DNA of 64,000 nucleotides from Ignavibacteriota bacterium (GCA_963801355.1 CAWDEM010000008.1:768001-832000); one strand, 5' to 3'; counted from the first letter of the stretch, positions 21,315-32,077 are shown. Notes: generated from the letters alone by a model not told the origin. Program-made: numbers and translations.

Positions 21315-22202
21315 ATGACAGAAGAGACCAGAATCACTCACACCATCCCATACGCCATCTTCGTTCTGTTCGCGGTTGTGGCCGTGGCGTGCTGCGTTGC
21401 CGCCATCAAGAGATACGTGGAGTATCAGGCCCCGTCGCATGGAGAAGGAGGTCAAGGGGCTAGTTCGATGTCATTCGAAGACTGGAAGACCAGCTTCATT
21501 GCGAAGGTGTCAGAAGGAGCAACGGATTCGACCGCTGACAGTGGCTCTCGGATGTCAATCCCCAGTGACGTAACGCTCAAGCAAATCTATGACGCCTTGA
21601 AGGCCAGGGGACCTGACACACACGTGGACCTGGCCCTCCTCCACACACTACCGTCTGCTTTCACTTCCTTACTGGCCATCGTCTTGTGTGCATTGCAGTG
21701 GCGCTTGATAAAAGGCATGTCAACCCGCGTTCTCGTCTCTCTGATTCCAGTCCTCCTCGGAATCCTGTCGCCTGCCGTTGCCTTCTTCATCGGACAACTC
21801 GCCAACGACTATGTCGTCGGGCAGGATACTGATCTTGATAAGGCGGTTTTGCAATCTGCACTCTCGCTTCCTCTGGTCACCGCATCTACCATACCGGGGT
21901 TTCTCGGACTGGCGGCATTTCTTTATCTGTCCCGCAAACCTCTTACCACTAGACTTCTCTGGTCGACATCATTGATTGGTACAGGCATTTTGACCGCCAT
22001 TGTTCTCGGGAGTCATACGGGGATGTACGATCTCCTGTATTCGAGGGGGAGGATGCACTCTACGACAGGGATCGGAATCATGTTTGTCTCATTCTATTGT
22101 CTCCTCGCCGCTGCGATCATTTCGGTATTGGCACGGATTGCCCATCATGCTCTCCTGAAAAAGCGCACTGCGAAGTGTGTCATGCACGATCGTCCACGGT
22201 GA
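21315..22202 (+). CDS. Hypothetical multi-pass membrane protein
   Basis: About 6 hydrophobic segments; GGGAG upstream. Confidence 0.6.
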   Translation: MTEETRITHTIPYAIFVLFAVVAVACCVAAIKRYVEYQAPSHGEGGQGASSMSFEDWKTSFIAKVSEGATDSTADSGSRMSIPSDVTLKQIYDALKARGPDTHVDLALLHTLPSAFTSLLAIVLCALQWRLIKGMSTRVLVSLIPVLLGILSPAVAFFIGQLANDYVVGQDTDLDKAVLQSALSLPLVTASTIPGFLGLAAFLYLSRKPLTTRLLWSTSLIGTGILTAIVLGSHTGMYDLLYSRGRMHSTTGIGIMFVSFYCLLAAAIISVLARIAHHALLKKRTAKCVMHDRPR

Positions 22203-23163
22203 TGACTATTTTCCCTCGGGCATGTCCTTCTCCAAGATACCGGAGAGCTTCAGCCGTTTCACTCAACGGGTAGCGTCTATCGATAACTGGTACGACTTTG
22301 CCAGCTTCCAGAAGGCCTTTCATAAAAGCCAGATCCTCCTGGTTTGGTTTTGCAGATACGCCTCCCATTTTCTTGCCACCGGTCTTTGACATCCATGATC
22401 CCAGGAGCATGGCCTCGAAGATCTGAGCCTTGGAACCACCTGCCATAACATAAACGCCCTTGGGAGTTAAGGCACGCTTGTAAGCTGGGAGCGAATGATA
22501 TCCGTTTGCGGCAAGAATCAGGTCATACTGCTGCCCACTTTGGGTGAAATCTTCTTTGGTGTAATCTATAACATGGTCTGCCCCAAGTGAGCGCGCCTGG
22601 TCCAAATTCCTGGTACTGCACACGGCGGTCACTTCAGCCCCAAACGATTTGGCGATCTGCACTGCAAACGTCCCCACCCCACCGGATGCCCCTTGAATCA
22701 AAACCTTTTGCCCTGGATGAATTTGCCCTTCATCGCGCAGACCCTGCAAGGCAGTGACGGCTGCCATTGGCACAGCCGCCGCTTCAGCAAACGATAGATT
22801 GGACGGTTTCAAGGCAAATGCACTTTCAGAAGCCGAGACATACTCGGCAAAACTGCCATTGCGGTGTCCGGCCATATCCCCGAAGACCTCATCACCTGGC
22901 TGAAACTGCTTGGCGTTTCTGCCGACCGCGTCAACCCGCCCCGCTATGTCAGCGCCGAGTCTCGTGTTTTTTGGTTTGAGCAGCCCCCCGCCCATGAGGC
23001 GAATCAAGAATATGTCTGCGGTCAGGAAATGCCAGTCATATGCATTCACGGATGCCGCATACACTCTTATCAATACTTCATCGTCCTTGGGCGTAGGTTT
23101 TTCCACATCCTTGAACTGAAGAACATCCGGTGACCCGTACCTTGTGTAAACAATTGCTTTCAT
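22180..23163 (-). CDS. NAD(P)-dependent alcohol dehydrogenase-like protein (MDR family)
   Basis: MKAIVYTRYGSPDVL, GASGGVG and GHARGKIVI motifs. Confidence 0.93.
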   Translation of the reverse strand: MKAIVYTRYGSPDVLQFKDVEKPTPKDDEVLIRVYAASVNAYDWHFLTADIFLIRLMGGGLLKPKNTRLGADIAGRVDAVGRNAKQFQPGDEVFGDMAGHRNGSFAEYVSASESAFALKPSNLSFAEAAAVPMAAVTALQGLRDEGQIHPGQKVLIQGASGGVGTFAVQIAKSFGAEVTAVCSTRNLDQARSLGADHVIDYTKEDFTQSGQQYDLILAANGYHSLPAYKRALTPKGVYVMAGGSKAQIFEAMLLGSWMSKTGGKKMGGVSAKPNQEDLAFMKGLLEAGKVVPVIDRRYPLSETAEALRYLGEGHARGKIVITVDDRA

Positions 23164-23540
23164 GTGTCTTCCTTCATGATTACTCGCAACCGGTTCAAGC
23201 GCTGTTCCGCCTCTGGATCGACCTTCCATTGCGCCTGAAGTAGATCACACCCGAAGCTCTCGCAATAGGCGCAACTCTCAAGCCTCCGGCCTTGAACGCA
23301 AGATCGGATCTTGCACTGGGCGCAGCCCGAGAAAAGCCGACCTCCTACGCTCCCGCAGCCATCACAATCCGTCACATCTTCGACTGATATCCCCATTCCG
23401 TACTTGTCACGGCAGAGTGCGGCAACAGAGGCGCGGATGGATTCGCGTTTCTCCCGGTCAACTTCCAACGTGGCCAAATGGACCGGGCACGTACGACATT
23501 CAATGCCACAGTATGCAATCAAGGTAACGTACTGATTCAT
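23160..23540 (-). CDS. DUF3795 Cys-rich protein
   Basis: YCGIECRTC, CDGC, CxxCKIRSC and CAYC pattern. Confidence 0.85.
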   Translation of the reverse strand: MNQYVTLIAYCGIECRTCPVHLATLEVDREKRESIRASVAALCRDKYGMGISVEDVTDCDGCGSVGGRLFSGCAQCKIRSCVQGRRLESCAYCESFGCDLLQAQWKVDPEAEQRLNRLRVIMKEDT

Positions 23541-23803
23541 AGATCAACCACAATGAGTGTCCTTTCTACAACAGTCCGCTCAGCCAATGTATCACGTTCA
23601 ACAGGAATTGTCCATTCTGTGGAGCTCTCGGATCATTCATTCCTGCAGGAATACGATCGGGCCCCCGACCTGCGACTGGAGTTTAGACAAACCGCCATCA
23701 CGGGTTGCAACACTACAAAACATCGGAAGTGAACAGTTCATGTCCCCTCTGGAGACCGGCCGACGGTCTCGAAAGCCCGCGGCTTGCGTAGCCGCGGCTC
23801 CTC

Positions 23804-24532
23804 TCAATGTCGCATGCGACCTCGCCAGGGGATCAGCATGGGGACCTTTCGCTGATAGTCCAGATAGACATCACCGAAATCGGCCAGGAGATCTGTTTCC
23901 TCGAGGATGGTCCCCACAACGATCCATGCCGTCCATAGCACATTGAAGAGCAGCCGGTCAGCAGTGAGATCGGGAGACGCCCATATCAGCACGAGCACGC
24001 CAAAGTATAACGGGTGCCGGACCCACCGATATGGACCCCGGATCGCAAACAGGAAAGGTTGGTCCGATTGGCCACGTATGTGCGCCTTGATTGGACGCAG
24101 GCCGAACGCGTCAAACGAGCCAAGTGCATGGACGCCCCAGGCAAATATCAGGATCGCCAGAAGGGAGCAGCCGCGTGCTATCCAGAGAGGAAGACCTTCA
24201 AGTCTGAGCAGTTGGATTTCTGACCGTTGCCAGAGCACCACAACGATGATCAACACCACACCTGATGCGATGGAGTAGATCGCACCGTGATAGCGTAGGG
24301 GGATAAGCACCGCCATGCGGTCGCGGAAGGCCTTGCGAACCATCCCGCTGTGTTGAAGAAAAAACGCAAACGACAGGATCGTGTCCCATAGCAGGGCAAT
24401 GGGATCCGAAAACCCAAGATGGACAAGTTGGATTGAACCCATCAAGGCAAGCAGAAGGACCGATCCACCCCCTAAGACCACTGACAGCGCCATCATTATG
24501 CGATCAACAACTGTTGTCGGCTTATGCGTCAC
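23804..24532 (-). CDS. Isoprenylcysteine carboxylmethyltransferase/NnrU/MddA-like membrane methyltransferase
   Basis: QHSGM, GPYRWVRHPLY and EE...FG..Y..YQRKVP motifs. Confidence 0.85.
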   Translation of the reverse strand: MTHKPTTVVDRIMMALSVVLGGGSVLLLALMGSIQLVHLGFSDPIALLWDTILSFAFFLQHSGMVRKAFRDRMAVLIPLRYHGAIYSIASGVVLIIVVVLWQRSEIQLLRLEGLPLWIARGCSLLAILIFAWGVHALGSFDAFGLRPIKAHIRGQSDQPFLFAIRGPYRWVRHPLYFGVLVLIWASPDLTADRLLFNVLWTAWIVVGTILEETDLLADFGDVYLDYQRKVPMLIPWRGRMRH

Positions 24533-24587
24533 TCAATCCTCACTAATCGGTCGTCTAGTTGGGGAGACCCATTCAGCACAAACTCGA

Positions 24588-25109
24588 TCAGAACCACGTC
24601 CCCTTTCGGTATTCACGATACAGGTCACCCCATCTGGATTCCATTGCCGCGTCCTCCAGTCGTCGCCAGTAGAGAATGTTGGCGATACCAAGGACTCCAG
24701 CTAACAGGCTGACCGCAGCGCCATGGTACACCGCCCAACCTGCGATCCAGAAGATAAAGCCGGTGTACATCGGATGGCGGAGTTTTGCAAACAACCCTCC
24801 AGTCACTAGATGGTCGATATCCTCCAGACCTCGCAACTGGATCAGGGCTCCGAGTGCGAGACCCCAGCCGACCAGAAAAACTCCGAAGCCAATCCATTGT
24901 ACGGCGAGCGGCAGGTTAACGGCGTTCGGATCGACCGGGCACATCATGAACCAGCTGACCCACATCAGGCACATCACCGAAAAGACCGCATAGAAGACAA
25001 TCTTGCTTTTCGGATTTACCCGGCCGGCTTTCTTCAACAACTCGTAGGTGCTACGGGTTGTCAGGAAGGTCACATAAAGAACAAGGAGGACAAAGAATTC
25101 GGTATTCAT
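24588..25109 (-). CDS. PEMT/ICMT family membrane methyltransferase
   Basis: LVTGGLFAKLRHPMY and YREYRK motifs. Confidence 0.85.
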   Translation of the reverse strand: MNTEFFVLLVLYVTFLTTRSTYELLKKAGRVNPKSKIVFYAVFSVMCLMWVSWFMMCPVDPNAVNLPLAVQWIGFGVFLVGWGLALGALIQLRGLEDIDHLVTGGLFAKLRHPMYTGFIFWIAGWAVYHGAAVSLLAGVLGIANILYWRRLEDAAMESRWGDLYREYRKGTWF

Positions 25110-25335
25110 TTCTTACCGTCCAGTTAGGTGTACGTCGCTGTCCGTCCCGCCTGTAATGGCGGAAGTTCTGTTGGCAATCCGGGCACAATTGTCAGCGCCT
25201 CGGATGAGGAAACGTCGAAATGGATGCGAATCACGTACGGGCCCACGGGCTCACTAGACTCTCCATACTGAACTACGGTGGGCTAGACTGCCTTTAGGAT
25301 AAGAAACTGCCGAACTGCATTCAACAGGAGGACCG

Positions 25336-25370
25336 AAAACAAAATAGCACAGCCCACGGAGTGTGCTATT
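25336..25370 (-). terminator. Intrinsic terminator, probably the native tRNA-Arg terminator
   Basis: AATAGCACA...TGTGCTATT hairpin followed by TTGTTTT on the minus strand, just downstream of the last tRNA 3' fragment. Confidence 0.65.
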
Positions 25371-25386
25371 CAGCTGCGATGAAGCG

Positions 25387-25435
25387 AAACCAGTGCCCTC
25401 GCGCTCGAACTGCCGACCTGCGGTTTAGGAAGACG
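25387..25435 (-). repeat. Degenerate tRNA-Arg 3' fragment (attR-like)
   Basis: AAACCAGTGCCCTCG..TCGAACTGCCGACCTGCGGTTTAGGAA matches 34042-34090 with a small internal deletion. Confidence 0.85.
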
Positions 25436-25536
25436 CTTCCCTACCCAGGACCTGCAGATTGGAATCTATTTTGAGGGATTTCTGTTTAATGAGAAGGTGG
25501 ATATATTAATCTGACACAATAAGAAAGACCACGATC

Positions 25537-26406
25537 ATGGTTTCAAATAGTCAAAATGAAAAAGCTGAAATGTTCTTGACATTTCATCAAGACAAAGAGA
25601 TTTTAGTTTTGTTAAACTCATGGGACATCGGAAGTTCTAAATTGATAGAAGCATGCGGCTATAAAGCAATCGCAACAACAAGTATGGGAATAGCTGCCTC
25701 TTTAGGTTATCCTGACTGCCAGGTAATACAGTTGTCAGAAATGATTGAATCTATAACGGGGATCGTAAATGGAGTACAAGTTCCGGTAACCGTGGATATA
25801 GAAGCCGGATATGGAAATAACTTAAATGAAATAATTGATTCGGTTAATAAGATTATTGCAACAGGAATTGTCGGAATAAACATTGAAGACAGTATTGATT
25901 TGAATCCAGTATTAATTGACGAGATGGAATTTTGTGAAAGAATATCAGCTATTCGTGCATTGTCAGATTCACTGGGCTTTCATTTGGTAATTAATGCGAG
26001 GACTGATTCATTCTATACTTCGTCAGGTTCGCCACGAGAAAAATTATCTGAGTCAATAAAGCGTGGCAATAAATACCGGGAAGCAGGCGCAGACTGCATA
26101 TTTGTTCAGCCCGTATGGGAAAGAGAAACGATTTCAACACTCGTTAAGGAAATCAATGCCCCAATCAATATTCTTTCAAACCCTGGGATGGGGGCAGGAC
26201 TACCTCCATCGGTTCGTGAACTGCAGGATTTAGGTGTCGCCCGGTTAAGCCTAGGTTCAAGTTTGATGAAAGCTACTTTGGCTTTAATTAAGAAAGTTGC
26301 TGACGAACTATCAGAAAAAGGAACTTACAATATTTTATTGGATTCTCTAACACCGCTTCCCGACGCAGCATTGGCTTATAAAATGGCAGTAAGGTTAAAT
26401 AGATGA
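25537..26406 (+). CDS. Isocitrate lyase/PEP mutase family protein
   Basis: ATTSMGIA..LGYPD, VDIEAGYG, GINIED, INARTD and AGADCIF motifs; visibly AT-rich. Confidence 0.92.
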   Translation: MVSNSQNEKAEMFLTFHQDKEILVLLNSWDIGSSKLIEACGYKAIATTSMGIAASLGYPDCQVIQLSEMIESITGIVNGVQVPVTVDIEAGYGNNLNEIIDSVNKIIATGIVGINIEDSIDLNPVLIDEMEFCERISAIRALSDSLGFHLVINARTDSFYTSSGSPREKLSESIKRGNKYREAGADCIFVQPVWERETISTLVKEINAPINILSNPGMGAGLPPSVRELQDLGVARLSLGSSLMKATLALIKKVADELSEKGTYNILLDSLTPLPDAALAYKMAVRLNR

Positions 26407-26691
26407 AGAACAGCCTGGACTGCGCCCCTCAGAAGAACCTGCGACCTGCTTCACTTCCCTGCTCGATCGGTTTCCTGGCCGATGACATGAACAGAGGATG
26501 GTAGTACATCTGGTTCGTCGATCGCGGGGATTTGTCGCATCCACACCAGCTATCAAAGGGTGAGATGAGAGCCAGTCAATCACGTCAAACCTCGTCAGTA
26601 GGTGAAACGAATGAATGCATCTTCTACAACAGTCCGCCTATTCCTGAGTCCGCAGCCATACACCGCAACAGAGTTCCACATCCAATCCCCT

Positions 26692-28050
26692 CTACTTCTT
26701 GGGCAGGGACTTTCGGATGTGCCCCGCTAGTCGAGACGCAAGTGGAGGGTCGAAGTTGCAGAGGACAATGATAACGTAGCCCACCGAAGGATCCCATTCC
26801 AGTGCCGCGTTCAACCCCGGCGCACCTCCCGCGATGCCGAGACCGCGCGTTCGTTCCGGCAGATCGAGAACGCCTTTCTTCAGCGACTGGACGAATCGGA
26901 ACAGATCACCGGCGGTAGAGTACCCTCCGCCGGCCGAACTCCCGATCCCGGGAAGGGTGGTGTAGTTGGAAGTCTTCTCGGAAGTGCTGTATCCGAGGGC
27001 TGTGTTCGATGGCAGGGCCGATTTCCGGAACCAGTTCGAAGCTGCCATGCCGGCCGGGGCATAAACGTACTGCCGGACGTACTCATAATAATCCATACCG
27101 GATGCACGCTCGACGATGAGACCCAGCACGATGTAGCCGCCGTTGGAATACCGCCTGGCTGTTCCCGGTGAGAATGCCAGCGGCTTGTCCGCGAACAGCG
27201 GCAGATAATCTTTGAGCCCCGTGATCTTCTCCTTATCCGCAGCGTCGAAACGGTCGCCGAAGAAATCCCCGATGCCGGAACTCATGTTGAGAAGCTGGCT
27301 GATCGTCACCGAGTGCGCAGCTTCCGGATTCGGATAGTCGGGGAGGAAACGCCCGATGGTGTCGGAGAGGGACAGTTTCCCTTCCGAGTGCAGCTGGAGG
27401 ACAGCTATCTCGGTAAAGATCTTGTTGATCGAACCGACATTGAACCTGGTGTCGGTACGATTGGGAATCTTCTTCGCGCGGTCGGCGAACCCGTATGCCT
27501 TCAAGAAGAGAATTGAATCCTCCTTCGCAATCATCACGACTCCCGAGAACTGATCGAGCGCGGTGAGCGAATCGACATACGACGCCGTGTGGCTCAGAAG
27601 ATCGGCCACCGAGATAGCCGGTGTGACGGCCGGTTGGTCGGGATCGTCGCCTTCCTGAACGGAGATCCATGCGATTGCGCGTCTGGGGGAGTTCTCGAAT
27701 CCGAATCTGAATTCCAGCCATTCCCCCTTTTCAGAACGGACAGTGGCGGAAAGAATCGTATCGCTTACGGACTCCACGCGGTAGAGCCGGATCGTGCCCA
27801 GATCTTGCCGCATCTGTCTGTACCTCTCCATGCGCGTATCCAGAGGAACGGACATCAGTGCCGCTGCCGCCCACCAAGTCTCAACGAACGCCCGCATTTC
27901 TTTCTCTCCTGCGTTGTATGCAGTGATGTACGCGGAAACGCGCTCACCGGCAGGCGTAGGGGGGAGCTGTCCTTGCGAGAACGCATCTGTAGATGGAGCG
28001 GGAATCAACGCAAGGATGGACAGAAACAGGATACCCAATGGTCGGTTCAC
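26692..28050 (-). CDS. Serine hydrolase, beta-lactamase-related
   Basis: GSINK, LLNMSSG and YSN motifs; signal peptide. Confidence 0.88.
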   Translation of the reverse strand: MNRPLGILFLSILALIPAPSTDAFSQGQLPPTPAGERVSAYITAYNAGEKEMRAFVETWWAAAALMSVPLDTRMERYRQMRQDLGTIRLYRVESVSDTILSATVRSEKGEWLEFRFGFENSPRRAIAWISVQEGDDPDQPAVTPAISVADLLSHTASYVDSLTALDQFSGVVMIAKEDSILFLKAYGFADRAKKIPNRTDTRFNVGSINKIFTEIAVLQLHSEGKLSLSDTIGRFLPDYPNPEAAHSVTISQLLNMSSGIGDFFGDRFDAADKEKITGLKDYLPLFADKPLAFSPGTARRYSNGGYIVLGLIVERASGMDYYEYVRQYVYAPAGMAASNWFRKSALPSNTALGYSTSEKTSNYTTLPGIGSSAGGGYSTAGDLFRFVQSLKKGVLDLPERTRGLGIAGGAPGLNAALEWDPSVGYVIIVLCNFDPPLASRLAGHIRKSLPKK

Positions 28051-28298
28051 GACGATTGCCTCAGAAAGTTGGGGGAAAGGTGACCCGGAGGCCTACTAGT
28101 GCGTATACGAAGCAATTGACCCCTTTGTTGTGCAGACCCGGTTCCCCCCTAATGTCCTTCGCAGGTTACACCAAACAATCTTCATAGAATAGCGGTAGGC
28201 AATACCACGACGGAGGGGCTGTGACTTCGTATGACGAAGCCTCGCGTTCGAGGATGTCGTAACCGTCGAGGTTCTAAGGACAGTTTCGTTAGATGAAA

Positions 28299-29294
28299 CT
28301 AGTCACTCACCTTCGATGATAGAGAGTCTGCGGAGCGTAGAAAGTCACGTACCACCCTCACGTTCTCGTCACGAGCATCCCATGGCGTCATGTGGGCCGA
28401 GCCTGGAAATTCTACATACTTTGCCTTCGGGACTTTGACCGCAAAGCTCCGGACAAGCTCAGGTCCAACTTCGTCAAACTCTCCAGCAGTGAACAACGTG
28501 GGGACTTTGATCTCGGGAAGAAACGATGTAGCGACATACGCCTTCAGGGTGCCAGTGATCGTGAACTCGCTCGGACCCTGCATGAATGTGTAGATGCCCG
28601 CATTCATAGTTGCAAAAGTGCTATCAAGGTCAGTTGGAACAGGACGACGATATACATAGAGGGAGTAGAATTGACTCATGGCATTCTGATATCTGGGGTC
28701 ATCGTACTTACCGGAAGCTTCGGCTCTCTCCACTGCCTGCTGCATCGAATCAGGAAGAGTGGTGAGCAACTGCCTGGCATGCTTCTCATACTCAGGCAAG
28801 TCCAACACCGGACTCCCGAAAATGATTGAAGCAACATGATCTCCATGTGCTCGGTAGTACTCGAGAGCAAGGATTGTACCCCATGAATGCCCAAGCACGT
28901 GCCACTTCAATAACCCCAGGTGAGCGCGGAGGGAATCCAGTTCCTGCACGAAATGCCCGATGGTGAACATCGTTGTATCGGTGATCTTGTCTGACTTGCC
29001 ACCTCCAAGCTGATCGTACCGTATGACCTGACGGTTAGCACCGAGCTCTTCGAACGGCTTCAGGTAGTAGCTTGACATACCAGGCCCCCCATGAATGAGA
29101 ATCACCGGTATTCCTCCCTGAGTTCCCGTTACTCTATACCAAATGGTACCGCCTGGCACAGCGAGGTGCCCTTCACCAACGGTTAGAGCGGGTGGCTTAA
29201 TCCCGTTGTCCTCTGCACAAGAGCACAGGAGGGACCCGAGGACAAGCATCACGCACAATCTTCTTCCCAGATAGGGGCCTTGCATGCTATGCAT
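28299..29294 (-). CDS. Proline iminopeptidase-family alpha/beta hydrolase (lipoprotein)
   Basis: HGGPG, YDQLG, GHSWG and SAH motifs; GGAGGAGG RBS. Confidence 0.9.
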   Translation of the reverse strand: MHSMQGPYLGRRLCVMLVLGSLLCSCAEDNGIKPPALTVGEGHLAVPGGTIWYRVTGTQGGIPVILIHGGPGMSSYYLKPFEELGANRQVIRYDQLGGGKSDKITDTTMFTIGHFVQELDSLRAHLGLLKWHVLGHSWGTILALEYYRAHGDHVASIIFGSPVLDLPEYEKHARQLLTTLPDSMQQAVERAEASGKYDDPRYQNAMSQFYSLYVYRRPVPTDLDSTFATMNAGIYTFMQGPSEFTITGTLKAYVATSFLPEIKVPTLFTAGEFDEVGPELVRSFAVKVPKAKYVEFPGSAHMTPWDARDENVRVVRDFLRSADSLSSKVSD

Positions 29295-29585
29295 AGCGAC
29301 CTCCTCCAATGATCATTGATCGGATATTCGTGGCAGACGCAAGTGCTACTTCAGCCGTTCTATCAGCCTCTTGAACCTTCCTTTGCCGCAGAAGACCCGG
29401 TAGAGGTCCCAGAGCGGCAACTCCCAGTACCAACGAAAAAGCCTCTCTCATCCTTCCAGACAAAAGAGGTTCTCGTTCACATGCCTCCAACACACCTTCC
29501 CCCCAGGATGTGTTTCGATGGGACAATGCTAAGGAACGGCAGGACCAATGTCAACACGTCATTACCGGATGCCCCGCCAATCATC

Positions 29586-29735
29586 TCATTCTCCTGCGAG
29601 AGCACGTTTGACCGAGCCCAGCAATTTCTCAATGAAGCATGGCTTCGCGAAAACCTCATATGCTCCATGCAGCTTCGCTTTCACAGCCTCATCTCCTTCC
29701 ATTCCCGAGACAATGATCACTGGGATTTCCCTTCC
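29586..29735 (-). pseudogene. Response-regulator receiver domain, C-terminal remnant
   Basis: IPVIIVSG...GAYEVFAKP with no N-terminal Asp pocket; paralogous to 33770-33967. Confidence 0.7.
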
Positions 29736-29877
29736 TGGACCTGCAGACAGTTCTTCCGTCTTGTTGCCTCGTTGAAAAATCGAGTCCAAAGTCCGTTTGA
29801 CATTCGACAGGGGCATTCGTAGATTCCTGCAATTCTTCTCTTCTGCTTCTTCCCGGGACCATCCTCAAGGAGATACT

Positions 29878-31434
29878 ATGCCCAGAGATCTGATCGTCTG
29901 CACGGCGGCTGCGTCTGCGTTGCTGCTGTTTGGCTGCTCGCGGGAGGTGGAGTCCCCAACCACACCTTCTTCTGCTCCTGCATCGTCCCTTTCTCTCTCG
30001 AAGCCGGGTGAGGGAAAAAGCTCGCTTGATCTGATCGAAGATGACTACGACAACGGTCTGCTCGACAAGAACAATGCATGCATCTATCGTGAGTATGCCG
30101 TCTCCGCGCCCGGAAACCTCCCAGCAAAGTACCGCTCCCGAGGAATAGGCAAGGATGCAACCTATTCCATGCTGCAAATCGCCCGGGACTGGAGCCAGCT
30201 TTCGGCCTCGACCAAAGAAGAGATTCTGGATGTGCGGGCGAACGGATTGGGGAATCTCAAGGAAACAGTCTCTACCGATCATTTCGTGTTACACTACACG
30301 GCCGAGGATAATTCTGCCGTTCCGACGCAGGACAACAGCGGGAACGGCATCCCGGATTTCATCGACATTGCCGCACAAAGCCTCGAGACAGTCTGGTCCA
30401 GGGAGGTTGACCAACTTGGATATCCGTCTCCCAAAGGAACGCCACAGCAGAAATTCCATGTGTACTTCAAAGACATGCCGTACTATGGATATACGGTCCC
30501 TGAAAATGTCACCCTGCAGGCCCTTTCTCCCGTTCCGCTCGGAACAGCTTCGGCCTGGATAGCGGTGGAGAACGACTTCTACGGATTCCCGCGAAACGAT
30601 GAAGACGTGACAGGCATGGAGATCATCCGCAGCGGGGCCCTCAAAGTGACCCAGGCACATGAGTTCATGCACGCAGTGCAATTTAACATCAACGTCTACC
30701 AGTCGGGGTGGCTGATGGAATCTCATGCGACGTGGGCCGAAGATGCCGTGTACGATGAGGTCAACGACTGGCACTGGTACATCAGAGGTTTTTTGGCGAC
30801 ACCGGATTATCCGATTTTTAACCGGTACGCGTACGGGTCGGCCTTCTTTATGAATTACCTGAGTGAAACCTACGGCATCAACCTGCCGCGGCGGATCTGG
30901 GAAACCGCAAAGTACTCGACCACGGCCGATGCGGTGCAAATAGAATCTTTCGGCGGCAAGTGGGAGGGGATAAAGGAATTTGCCCCGGCGGAATACATGC
31001 TGAATCTATCGGACTTCACCAAGGACGGCCCATCGGTAATCCCTATGCCATCCAATCTGATCCGGAAGATCCACGACACGTATCCGGTGTCCGTGCAGGT
31101 TCTGCCAAGCACCAAAAAAGAGTCCAACCGGGCGCCGTGGGGATTGGGAGCGAATTTCATCGAGTTCCTGCCGACCGGCGGCTCATCGATCACGATTTCT
31201 TTTGATGGCGCAGATGGATATGTGTGGCGCGCATTCTTTGTCGGAACCCCGACGAACGGCAATGCTTCTCCATCAAGCCGGGAAATCAGCCTCGATACCT
31301 TCTCGGCGGGTTCGACAACTGCCTCGGGATTCGGAACCAGGTGGGCAAAGGTCGCACTCGTCTGTACGATTGCCGGTCGTCCGGGCGTGGAAGTGCCTTT
31401 CTCGTACGGCGCAACAATTAGCACTGGGCAATAG
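29878..31434 (+). CDS. MXAN_6640-like putative zinc metalloprotease lipoprotein
   Basis: LLFGC lipobox; HFVLHY, GIPDF, AHEFMHAVQF and WLMESHATWAED motifs. Confidence 0.85.
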   Translation: MPRDLIVCTAAASALLLFGCSREVESPTTPSSAPASSLSLSKPGEGKSSLDLIEDDYDNGLLDKNNACIYREYAVSAPGNLPAKYRSRGIGKDATYSMLQIARDWSQLSASTKEEILDVRANGLGNLKETVSTDHFVLHYTAEDNSAVPTQDNSGNGIPDFIDIAAQSLETVWSREVDQLGYPSPKGTPQQKFHVYFKDMPYYGYTVPENVTLQALSPVPLGTASAWIAVENDFYGFPRNDEDVTGMEIIRSGALKVTQAHEFMHAVQFNINVYQSGWLMESHATWAEDAVYDEVNDWHWYIRGFLATPDYPIFNRYAYGSAFFMNYLSETYGINLPRRIWETAKYSTTADAVQIESFGGKWEGIKEFAPAEYMLNLSDFTKDGPSVIPMPSNLIRKIHDTYPVSVQVLPSTKKESNRAPWGLGANFIEFLPTGGSSITISFDGADGYVWRAFFVGTPTNGNASPSSREISLDTFSAGSTTASGFGTRWAKVALVCTIAGRPGVEVPFSYGATISTGQ

Positions 31435-31766
31435 ATGGAGCTTTCTTGACTAGCTCCACCCCTCGGCAATAGTCACGAACGTGGAGGAGGGCGGAACTGC
31501 AACCACAAGTCTGAACGATGCCTGACGCAGCGTCAAGAGAGAATGAGAGGAGTCTGAGGTTTGAAGGCTATTTCGGACAACACATTGTGACATGCCCGGG
31601 CTTGTGTTTGCATCAGGAGGTTCGAACTCCCTGGACACGTCAGCCGATGGGGATCTCGGCCCGACAGGCGCCACAGGATATAGGCCCTAGACGCGCGGTA
31701 AAGTTCCCACGCATGGATTTGTAGTAGAGATACCATATCTGGTTGGGATGTTTAGTGAGGAACATG

Positions 31767-31889
31767 AGGGCTGCCATTTCTAAGGCTGTAAGTCCCCACT
31801 TTTGTCCCCACTCTACGGGACGGAAGCGGAAAAGGTAGGAAAATCAGTGCCCTCGGGCAGATTCGAACTGCCGACCTGCGGTTTAGGAA
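31767..31889 (-). repeat. 123-bp direct repeat containing the tRNA-Arg 3' half (attP-like junction)
   Basis: Nearly identical to 33968-34090; contains GTCCCCACT x2. Confidence 0.92.
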
Positions 31890-31994
31890 GACGTGATCGT
31901 CTGCAAAACCTGCAGAAAGCGAATCGTATCGAGTGGTTTCTCTGCCACTCTTGGGGCCAGCGTTAGCAGGCTGTTAGCAGAGGAATTGTTTTAC

Positions 31995-32023
31995 AATATA
32001 GTATCCAGCAATCCGGTTGTCAA
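31995..32023 (-). promoter_or_regulatory. Sigma70-type promoter TTGACA-N17-TATATT
   Basis: Consensus -35, 17-bp spacer and near-consensus -10, pointing into the truncated tRNA copy. Confidence 0.65.
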
Positions 32024-32077
32024 CATCTTCAGCTTGAGAAGTGCTCGTTGTGTTGAGTTCGAGTCTCGTGCACCCCG

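Noticed and set aside
31848-31889. Second tRNA-Arg gene
   Set aside because: Only the 3' half is present; the 5' acceptor strand and D arm are absent
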